DNA from: Geosiphon pyriformis uo1
Lineage: Eukaryota; Fungi; Glomeromycota
Direction: 5' to 3'
Assembly: GCA_016748015.1 (NCBI GenBank)
Contig: JAAOMT010000776.1
Coordinates: forward strand, 310,001 to 374,000
DNA length: 64,000 nucleotides
The notes under the pieces were generated by a model. That model saw nothing but the letters and a program-made list of their open reading frames with translations, made no database searches and had not been told where the DNA came from. The first letter of the stretch is position 1. Every line of letters begins with the position of its first letter. Positions 1 through 10,575 of this stretch are shown here, piece by piece. Made by a program: the position numbers and the translations under genes.

Positions 1-471
1 TTGAAGAATTAAAGAGATATTTTATTAATATAATTCTATTTTGGTTGATAGCAACTATCTTTGAAAGGAGGAGTATTTAATAATTATGACCTGTGAATCT
101 AATTAACTCTGAGAGTTTAATTGATTCCTGAAAGTCTAATTTTCTTTCTGCATGTCTTTTTAACTTCTACAGCTACTTGTTTTTATACATTCTTTTGTTC
201 TACAGGATTGCTTTTGATTGCTTTACTATTGCTAGTTATTGTTTTGTTATTACTAGCTATTGCTTATTATTGCTAGCTATTGCTCATTATTGCTAGCTAT
301 TGTTCATTATTGCTAGCTATTGCTTGTTATTGTTAGCTATTGCTCATTATTGCTAGCTATTGCTTGTTATTGCTAGCTATTATTTGTGTTTGTTCTATGT
401 TACTTCAAGTTGTAACATGTTTTTTTTGTCACATTTTCCCATGACTTTTTGGTTTTTCTACTTGGGTAACA
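1..471 (-). repeat. 3' LTR of element D (partial)
   Basis: Direct repeat of 2489-2974; starts TGTTAC right after the PPT; contains a 20-bp TATTGCTAGCTATTGCTCAT-type array at ~225-385. Confidence 0.85.
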
Positions 472-1089
472 TTATCTCTCTCTTTTAAAATTGAGCTTCT
501 GCAAAATCTTCTAAATTTCTCTCTTGTTTCTATGTTGTTGCCATAATTTTTATTGCTATTTTTAAATCTATTTTGGTACGTAAATGATGTTTTTAAATTA
601 TAAGAGTCTGTTCAAAATATCTAATTTCAAATCTTGTATTCATATTATGTGCACTTTCAGCCATAATGCCTTTATTATTATTACTGAATTGAGTTAATTT
701 CTGCTCCATTGTAAGATCTAAAAGTGTAATATATTGTTTAGTGTTTAAAATGGAGTTTAAATCATTGTTGTCATTGTTGGTGGAGTTTGAATTGTTGTCA
801 TCATCATCAGCAGAGTTTGAATCAAGATTAAGTTCTGATTCTGATTCTTGCTGATTGGTTCATCTTTCTTAGAGTTCAAATATATGATGTGTAGAAATGG
901 ATTGTGACTCAGGACCGTCAAGTAAGTTTTGATGATTTGTTGATCAATTTTGGTACTACTGATTCTCAAAATTTTTTTCTTCTCTAAGTCTTTTTTATAT
1001 TGCCACTTTCCTAGTACTGACTTTTGGCATGGAAGAAGGCAGTCTTTACACAAGTAAGTATAAATCTGGGTAGTTTTTTTCTGGAATTC

Positions 1090-1840
1090 TTCCAACAGGT
1101 TTTTAAATAATTGGAGTTTTGAATTTCTAGAGGTTTGACAGATTTTATCTGAAATAAGTTTCCTTGTACAATAGCGGAATTGGACTTATTGGGTTTTGAA
1201 TGTTCAGGTTTTGAATGATCAAGTCTTAAATAATCAGAGTTTTAACTTTAACAAGTTTTACCGAAGATAAGTTTCTTTCTACATTAGTGGAGTTGAAATT
1301 TATTGGGTTTTGAATGTTCAGGTTTTAAACTATTGGGTCTTGAAGAATCAGAGTTTTAATGAGTTTTATTGAAGGTAAGTTTCTTTATACAATAGCAGAA
1401 TTGAAATTATTGGATTTTGAATAATTTTTGGAGTTTTTAATTTAACAAGTTTATTGAAAGTAAGTTCTTTATACAATAGTGGAGTTGAAATTATTGGATT
1501 TCGAATAATTTTCGGAATTTTTAATTTAATAAGTTTATTAAAGGTAAGTTTTTTATACAATAGCAGGGTTAGAATCATTGGGTTTTGAATAATTTTTGGA
1601 GTTTTTAATTTTAACAAGTTTTTGAACAATTGGGTCTTGAATAATTGGAGTTTTAATTTAATGAGTTTTATGAATTTATTAAAGATAAGTTTCAAATGTT
1701 CAGAGTTTTAATGATCGGATTTTAAATAATTGGAGTTTTAATTTAACAAGTTTTATGAGTTTATCAAAGGTAAGTTTTGAATGTTCAGAGTTTTAATAAT
1801 TGGGTTTTAAATAATCAGAGTTTTAATTTAATAATTTTTT
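1090..1840. repeat. Internal tandem repeats (84-bp units plus shorter units) in element D
   Basis: ORF 1366-1695 repeats a 28-aa unit (KLKTPKIIQNPxIxxxLLYK) three times; shorter GAGTTTTAATTTAA-containing units flank it. Confidence 0.75.
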
Positions 1841-1973
1841 CAAAGGAAATGCTAAAATAAAGATTTTGCAAATCCTAAGTGATTTTTTCTTTGTTTTCTC
1901 TTGGTCTTTCACTTTTGTGAATTTTTGGAGGGCTTGGTCTTTGTGGATTTATAATCTTACAAAGAGCACCAAA

Positions 1974-2974
1974 TGTTATAGGTAAACTTAGTGGAGTATA
2001 GTGGTAATATTTAATGATCTAATTTAGTATTCTAAGGTTGTATGTTTTTCACAGAGTTGATGTTTATCAGTTTCTAAAAATCTTTTCTGGATGAAAATTT
2101 ACCTGTTGAGTTCTTTGGTTATAAAGCACAGAGTTTTGGTTTTCACTGATTGCAACTTTTTATAATAGTGAGCTTTTTTCTCTGAACTAACGAGCACAAT
2201 CATTAGGGTTCAGCATTGTCTTTTTGCCTTTCTGGTAAGCTATTAAGATAACATTAATATTCAAAAACCTAGAAAAAGCTTCTTTCTTTTACCAGGCTAT
2301 TATAAAGTCTATTCTTAGACAGTCATTTTTCTATGTTGCTGCTCCACAAGAGAAAAATAAAGAAAATAAAAGAAAATAAAAGAAAAATAAAGAAATAAAG
2401 AAAATAAAATAAGAAATAAGTTTTCTGTCAATAACCATGATCAAGAACTATTGTGCCAGCAGGTTAAGTAGTGAATAATAACATGAATTTGAAGAATTGA
2501 AAAGATATTTTATTAATATAATTCTATTTCAGTTGATAACAACTATTTTTAAAAGAAAGAATATTTAATAATTATGACCTGTAAGTCTAATTGACTTCTA
2601 AAAGTCTAATTTTTTCTTTGCATGTCTTTTTAACTTCTATAAATACTCATTTTTATACATTCTTTTGTTCTACAGGATTGCTTTCAATTGCTTCACTATT
2701 GCTAGCTATTGTTTTGTTATTGCTAGCTATTGCTCATTATTACTAGTTATTGCTTGTTATTGCTAGCTATTACTTGTTATTCATAGCTATTGCTTGTTAT
2801 TGCTAGCTATTGCTCATTATTACTAGCTATTGCTTGTTATTGCTAGCTATTGCTCATTATTACTAGTTATTGCTTGTATTTATCCTATGTTATTTTGAGT
2901 TGTAATGTGTTTTTCTTGTCATATTTCTTTGTTACATTTTTCCATAACTTTTTGGTTTTTCTACTTGGGTAACA
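1974..2974 (-). repeat. 5' LTR of element D
   Basis: TG...CA-type termini; followed on the minus strand by TT-TGGTGCTCTTTGTAAG (PBS); 20-bp array at ~2697-2880. Confidence 0.85.
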
Positions 2975-5311
2975 CTGTTGCTGAATTTGTTCATCAAAAT
3001 TTGATCTGTCAGCACGGATGTGCAAAAAAACTACTATCAGATTAAAGAACTCACTTTGTGAATAGAACATTGGCAGAATTAAGTCAAAGATTTGGGATAA
3101 AAAGACCATTATTATTACCATACTATTCACAAACAAATGGGTTAGTTAAAAAATTCAACAGAACACTGTATAGAGCAATAGCCAAGATCAGCCAAAAAAA
3201 CCAAGATGAATGAGATTTGTTCATACTATCAGTATTATTTGCTTACCAGACAATGAAGCAAGACACTACATAAGCAACACTATTTGAATTAGTATATGGT
3301 AAAACAGCAATATTACCAGTTGAAATAAAAATCAGAACATATCCAACAGAACCAATAACAGAGGAGAATTTTCAAAAAACATTGTTAAGAAAAACATATG
3401 ACTTAATAGAGACACTAGAAAATAAATGGCAAAAAGCAGCTGATAACATCCAAAAGTTACAAGAAAAACAAAAAGAAAGACATGATAACCAATTACCAGA
3501 TAAACCAGTCGAATTCAGGATTGAAAACAAAGTACTTTTATATTGTACCAAAGTGGAAAAACAATAGAGTAGAAAATTTAACTCCAAATGGGATGAACCA
3601 TTTCACATAGAAAAAATTCTAGAAAATGAAGCTTATAAATTAAGATTGAACAACAAAATATTAACCAAAGCACCATATAAAAATCGACTAAAACTATATT
3701 AAAACATAACATTAACATCTACCAGTAATATTTTACAACTGAGAACACAAAGAATATTAGTCCAATCAGATGAGATTTCACAAGATCTGAAACCAATCAT
3801 AGCTATTAAACTAAATATCAAATTGAACAACTAAAAAAGTATATAAAAACACAGTATATGTAACAAAAACAACAAAAAAAAATAGAAATACTAGATCATA
3901 TTCACACTTTAGCTTAACAATTCTTTCAAGCTTTAAGTTAATAGCAAATAAACATAGAAATTATTATTAACAACCAAACAATCTGTTATCAAAACACCAA
4001 ACAAAAAGAGAAAAATACATCATACCAGTGACCACAGAAACAATCAATAAACTGGTCAGATAAAATAGTAGAGAAAGTAAAGAACACTTTTGGAAAGATA
4101 ACTATCATAATTTTAACAGAAGAACTGGCAAAAAAAATTAGAACCAATGAATAGACCAACTTTCAATATCATACTGCTACTATTAATTAGAACAAAAAGT
4201 AGATATTCAGAAGTTATATCTTGACAAATTCAAGAGAATCTTCAATCAAGAGATAATCCAGAACATTGAAGACATGATTAGAAAAAAAACAAACTTGACA
4301 TTACACATTAAAATTATTTATTGACTACACACTATATTTCAAAACTACTCAGACATATTGTTATATTTTGACATGAAAACAATAACTATTAACCAATGGA
4401 GAAGAATAAACAACTCACAAATTGAAGAAATAAAGAGTAGAGTGGAACAGATACTACTTGAAAAAGAAGTATTTGACATAATTCAAAATGAGGATTTTGA
4501 TAGAGCTTAATATTAAAAGGAGAAGATAATATTACTCATAAAAAAAAAACAGATATAAAGAATAGTAGACCAATGAGGAAGTAGTAGTTAGCACGTGAGC
4601 ACATTGCTCAGCAATGTGAACATTGCTTAAAAAATCATAGCACATTGCTCAAAAATATGAGCAATCTTGTAGAACATAAAATTAGATATATATAGCAGTA
4701 GCATTAGAAGCAGAAAAAACAGATTTCTCAGTTTAGATTTAATCTAAGCAACCTTCCACATCACAAATATCAATAAATAATTATTTGCCATTTCTATTTA
4801 CTCTTTACTATTAATACTTTATGTTAATAGTTGCTGACATTTAATCATACTAAAACAATAACTCTTGATCATAGCTATTAATGGAATATTAACATTCATT
4901 GTCTTGGCTTATTTCTTTATTCTCTTTTATTTTTCTTTTTTTTTATTTTGCTTTGTTATTTCTTGTTGTTAACTAATTGATTAAAAAGTAAAAGTGTTGA
5001 GTTATTGACATCACAAATAGTCTGGTAAAAAACCCAGAAATAAGAATATAAGATTTATAAATTAACAGATAGCTTATCAGAAGAGCGTGACTGCCAGAAT
5101 AAATTGGTCACCATGTTGAAGACAAAAATTGGGAAAATGACTTGAGAGATCAACCAAAACCAGCCATAGTGAATCTTTGTTTATTATACAAAGTACTCAA
5201 CCAAAATCTTTGGATCATGAAAATCTTCAGAAACCAACATTATTATATCAATTGAGCACCAAGTTACAGATTTGTTATTTGCTGTAAGACCCCAAATAAT
5301 CATTTGTAACA
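2975..5311 (+). mobile_element. 3' part of Ty3/Gypsy element A (integrase, extra 3' ORF, PPT, 3' LTR), pseudogenised
   Basis: Integrase core remnants (LLSD*RTHF, QTNGLVKKFNRTL), GPY/F-like WDEPFHIEKIL, ORF3 remnant from 3858, PPT AAAAGGAGAAGATAA, LTR 4530-5311 ending TGTAACA. Confidence 0.88.
4530..5311 (+). repeat. 3' LTR of element A
   Basis: Follows the PPT, starts TATTACTC (TGTTAC mutated), ends TGTAACA; 3' half homologous to family B LTRs. Confidence 0.8.
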
Positions 5312-5379
5312 CCATTACAGCACATGTTTTATGTAGAACACTTTTTGCAAGTAAAAGAAACTGAACCTTAGAGATCCAG
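5312..5379 (+). mobile_element. 68-bp LINE ORF2 sliver between two Gypsy insertions (continues at 15399)
   Basis: Reads *NTFCK*KKLNLRDP and continues in frame into VSVWF after element B is removed; the homologous peptide W-KRLDPRGL---W is at ~44850-44820 in the other LINE. Confidence 0.8.
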
Positions 5380-6332
5380 TATTACTCATAAAATATAGGA
5401 ATTATATATTAGTAAATAAATTAGCCAATTAGAATAGACATAGTAAAAATAGAATTCTAGGATTCTTTTTAGAGAAATTGCAGAATTTCAAAATTACAGA
5501 ATTCTCATAAGAGAAATTGCAAAATTCCAGAATCTTAGAATTTCTCTTAAAGAATTACAAAATTCCAGAAATTCCAGAATTTCTGATTAAGAAAATTAAG
5601 AAATTCAAAGAATCTCATACAATGAAATTTATGTATATATAGTGATAGCATTAGAAGCAAAAAAAACAGAATTGATAGTTTAAAATTTTCAGTTTCTATT
5701 CCAAACTTATTTCTTCATATAATAATATTTTATAACTTAAAATAGAAACATATCAATAAAATATTTATTAAATATTACAATCTATCTTTCCACTATTAGC
5801 AATTCATGTTAATAGCTGCTAATACTTAACTACACTGGACTAATAGCTCTTGATCATGACTATTGACAGAATACTAACTTTTTCTTGCCTTGGCTTATCT
5901 CTTTATTCTCTTTTTATTATCTTTTTTGTTTTTTTTATTTATTTATTTTTTTTTAGTTTATTGTAGATTTATTAATTGATTAAAAAATTAATGTGCAGAA
6001 TATTGACATCAAAATATAGTACTGGTAAAAAACCCAGGAATAAGGGTAAACACTCAAAATTGAGGATAGCTTATTAGGAGATTACTAACCATTAAGCTGA
6101 AAAAGAAATTGATAGAATATAAATATTTTGGGAATTAATGGACAGCAAAGCACACCAACTCAAAGGTTGAGAAGAAACTAAAAACATCAATAAAAGATAT
6201 CATCATTGAATCTCTGTTCATTATACAAAGAGCTCAACCAAAACTTTCAGATATCACCAACCATATTAGTTATTAAGTACCAAATTATGGGTTTGTTATT
6301 TGTTTTCAAACCCCAAATAATTATCTGTAACA
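5380..6332 (+). repeat. 5' LTR of element B
   Basis: Direct repeat of 14499-15398; GAATTCCAG-type short repeats in U3. Confidence 0.92.
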
Positions 6333-6334
6333 TT

Positions 6335-6351
6335 TGGTGCTCTCTATAAGG
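6335..6351 (+). promoter_or_regulatory. Primer-binding site (TGGTGCTCTCT...)
   Basis: TGG 2 nt after the LTR end; the same PBS occurs at 1971-1956, ~41276 and 52678. Complementary to a tRNA 3' end ...AGAGAGCACCA (tRNA not identified). Confidence 0.8.
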
Positions 6352-9300
6352 TATAATTTTACAAAGAACCAGTACCAATAACAACTATTTAAAAGTAACA
6401 GAATCAGAAATAAGAGAAACAAACCATCTAAAATTTGCTAAATTCTTATTTTAACACTACTGTAAACATTTGAGATTAACCAACAATCAACTATCAGTAA
6501 AGTCTATCTTCAACTTTTATGTTAACAAAAGAATTAAATATTTCTTAAAAAAACCAATAAATACAGAATCAGCAAGAGAAAATTTCTACAGCAAATTAAT
6601 TCAATATACCAGCTTACTATTAAATTACAACTTCACACCAATTATTACTAAAATCAACTAAGAAATTAAAAATTACACCCAACAAACATTTCCTATTATC
6701 TATGCAGAAAAAAACAAAGAAAAACTACAAACATCAGCAGGAATCCCAAAGCAAATATAATTACTTATGTGGAAGAAACAAAAAATTGACTCACCAGCTA
6801 ATCCATCATATTATCACACCTTTAGAAATACTATTAATATAACATTAACAGATACATTTACAACAAACATGACAACTTTATTAAACAGACTCCTGTTCCA
6901 AAGTAAATAGAAGAAAACAAAATTATTAGAAATCTATGATGATTATTTTGAGAGATTTAAATCACAATCATCAATGCCATTAGGATTTTAATTACTGCCA
7001 TCTCAACTTAATTTTGGAGCCACTAGTTCTTGGAAAATAACCAAATCAGAGAAAAAAAATAAAAATCAGAAATTTAATTATCAAAACCCAATTCTAAAAA
7101 ACCCAAAAATGCAAATCCCAATTAGTCAAACTCAGCAAAATCAGAACAACCCAAACACCACTCCTATTGTTTTCCAAAACTTATCTTCAGAAATTATTAT
7201 AGATCCACTACCAATTGCACCAATCACCAAACAGCAACAATAACAGCAACAACTACAACCATTTTAACAACAACCACTTCAACAACAATCACAAATCACA
7301 TTAATGACATACATATCAATAATTAAATTATAAAAGTTTATTGATAAAAAAAACAACACCCAAGCTTGGCTAAACAATATTACTAAAACAATCATAGTTA
7401 ATAATTGAGATAACACTAGAGCTCTTCAGATAATTTCATATTTTTTACAAAATACTGCTAACTTGTGGTATCAAAGCTTGGCACAAAAACCCCAGAATTT
7501 TAATAATTTTAAGATTGAATTTTTAAGATATTTTAGTAATAATAACAACATTAATCAATTGGCAAATATTTTTACCACCATTAAACAAGAAGAGACTGAA
7601 GCCATTACTACATACTTGAGATGCTTTTATTACAATCTATGCCAAATCTAAGCTATTAATGCTGATTATTTTACTGAAGTGCAAATCTTGAATCAGTTTA
7701 TTTGTGGATTACACAGTAGTATTCTACAACATGTCAACTTCCAAGTCACAGTTACTCATACCAGAAACTTTGAATTAGCTAAACTAAAAGCTAATCACAT
7801 TTAAGCTGTAAATCTAGTAATGAATAAATCATCTGACTTAGACTCAAAATTAAAACAATTTAGTAATTCAATTAATTAGAAATTAGAGAGATACTTAGCT
7901 AACAACAATCAGACAATATATTAACCACCCCAATATTGTGACTATTTTAAAGCTTTTAACTAGTACCAAAATTAATTGTATTCTATATCATTATCAACTT
8001 ATCAATCATAATAGCAAAAGACACATATCTGCCACAATTGTGGTAAATAAAGTCACATCAAAGTTGACTGCCATGTCAGAATTAATAATTAATAGTTAGA
8101 AAATCAACATCAAAATCCTAATTGCTAATTTCAAATTCAGAATTACTTACCAAATCAAGATCAAGATCAATCTCATTACTTACAAATAATACAACAACCA
8201 ATATATGCACTTTTAATCTATTAGACCACAGCCCTAATTATTTATTAATCACAATCACAAGTTATTTATCAACCCCAACTCTTTCAAATACTATCACAAA
8301 ACTCAGTTCAAGTATCTGGAAATCCAAGACCAAGAATTATCTACACTCAACAAAACTGACAATTAGCAATGATAATGCATCAACTAATTTCCAGCTTATT
8401 ACAACAGCCTTTAGGATCATAACAATAGAGTTTGGGAACTAAGTACAACCAAAACCCAAATTCTTAGAACTATTTAAGTTTTCTAGTTACTCCAGAAGAT
8501 GTCAAACTTAGCAAACAAGAATCTCATCAAATCCAACTACTTATCAACAACATTCCACCAACAATCATTACTGAAAATGAATTACTTACTGCCATTTTCT
8601 CTTTTGAATTAGAGGAACCAATTGAAATGCTGCTATTCAGTGGAGCCACTCTTAAATCAAAACCCATTACTGCAATGTACACTGATGTCAAAGTTGATGG
8701 TCAGTTCATCAAATTAATCCTAGACAGTGGATTAGTGGACAGTATCATCACATAACAACTTATGGACCAATTAGGTTGCTGAGTTGATTGCACTGCCAGT
8801 GCCAAAATTATTACCACCAATGGAGTGATGAAAACACCCATTGGCGAGATTAATGACTTTCTATTTAAAGTCAATAATATTGTTGTGTCTATAAAAATTC
8901 TTATCATGGAAGTCACACAGTATTAAGCATTAGTTAGAAATAATTGGCTGTCTAAAACCAATACTATTTTCGACTGGAATACTCAGAAATTACAACTGAG
9001 TCAGAACAGTCAAAACATTTGGGTGCCAGCCACTTGTGGTTATTTCAAGACTACCACCAACAAACAGCTGCTAATTGAGCTTGAAAAAAAAGAAAAAAAC
9101 CTATCTGGAAAATGTATCAGGTATTATGGACTAAAAAAAATACAACAAATTACTACCAATACTTATATATATATAAAAAAAAAGAAAAAAAAAAGAAGAA
9201 AAAAAAAAGAAGAAAAAAAATCCCAAACAACTATCTCCACAGATATATTATATATTGCTACCACTTAACATTAGCCAAACTATTGTTAACTCAAATTAAT

Positions 9301-10189
9301 TTGTGTTGATTGTGATAAGAAATTGTCAACAATATGTGCATGTTATAGTGACAATAAAAAATGGCTGATGGCCACAAAATACTACTGCTGCTCATGTGTT
9401 CTTAAACACTTTAGATGACCAAAAAGGCAAAAAAAATAAGACAACAAACTATGTCTTGCTTGTAAGAAAACTCTTTTAAATGAAAAAATATAGAACAATA
9501 TTCTTGGTTATAGAAAAATATGTGACAAATTGTGTCAATACACAATATTCATAAGCAATTGGATAAAGAAAAAAATGTCAATAGACACTGCTTAAAGAAA
9601 AGCTGTAAAACATTTGGATGGCTGTTCACACAAGAATAATAAAATATGAAGAATGACAATTGCTAAAATTAAAAGTACAATTCCAGAAAAAATCAAAATA
9701 ATCTAAAACAACCCACCAGAACCTGAAAAAATTATTTGGATTCCAAATCCTGATATTATCTTCAATATTATGAATTCAGAACAATTTCACAAATACTACC
9801 AAGAAGTAAGACCCACTAGAGAGGAACAAAAACAATGTTTAAAACAGCTCAATACTCGCCTATATAACTACTGTTTAATTCTATATGACTTTCAATATTG
9901 TAATAATTGTGATATCATCTACAATTCACCATTATGCATAATCTACACAATTTCAGAAGAGAAAGAACCAATCAGTAAGTGCATCACAGAATCAAAATCA
10001 AAATTCAATCCTGATTCAAACTCCAACAATAACAATATTAATAATAGCTCTGGCTTAGTTTAAAATAGCAATAACTATAGAAACAATTCAAACTCTGATT
10101 TAAACTTAGAACAATATATTGTACTTCCTAATATTTTTAAGAAGCAGAAACTCAAATGGTTTAGTAATAATAATAAAGATATTATGCCA

Positions 10190-10575
10190 GAACATGTGCA
10201 TAATACTAATGCAGGATTTGATCTAAGATATTCAAAAAAAATGCCATCAAATTGGAACCATATTTGCACACTTGCATTAATCTGAAAATAGCACTGGAAA
10301 TTCTAACAACAACCATGATTCAGTTTGTATTTAGAAATAGTTTAGCAAAAAAAAAGATTAATATAAAAAAAGAAATAATTGATGCAAGATATATAGAAAA
10401 TATTATTGCAATATTACAAAATAATTCCAGAAAGGCATATACTATTAAGCCAAATGAAAAGATAACATAAACAATATTTTTGTTTCTGATTAAAATAGCT
10501 CAATTAATGTCAGTAGAAAAAAGAGAAAAGTTAAGAATAACAACAAGAAAGATAAATGAATTCAGATCTATGAAT
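10190..10575 (+). pseudogene. dUTPase domain within element B pol
   Basis: Trimeric dUTPase motifs: I NAGFDLRY, II RNSLA (RSSLA), III IIDARYIENI (IDAGYxGNI), IV EKIT* (EKIAQ), V REINEFRS (RGxxGFGS); deviations are G>A/C>T changes. Confidence 0.9.

Larger units (their letters stand above)
1..2974 (-). mobile_element. Internally deleted (non-autonomous) Ty3/Gypsy LTR element, family D; 3' LTR cut by the window edge
   Basis: 5' LTR 2974-1974 (TGTTACCC...TATAACA), PBS 1971-1956, PPT AAAAGAGAGAGATAA abutting the 3' LTR that starts at 471 (1-471 matches 2489-2974). The 1.5 kb interior has tandem repeats, the tail of the Cys-rich region and the N-terminus of dUTPase, but no PR/RT/IN. It sits in the integrase of element A. 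Confidence 0.85.

Noticed and set aside
225-385. CRISPR-like regular repeats (also 2697-2880, 52035-52140, 59065-59185)
   Set aside because: Head-to-tail units with no unique spacers, inside LTRs, in a eukaryotic context.
5017-5090. Resemblance of the LTR stem to 16S rRNA helix 11, or to hammerhead/hairpin ribozymes
   Set aside because: Only short word matches; CUGAUGA/GAAA and hairpin loop-B consensus are absent.
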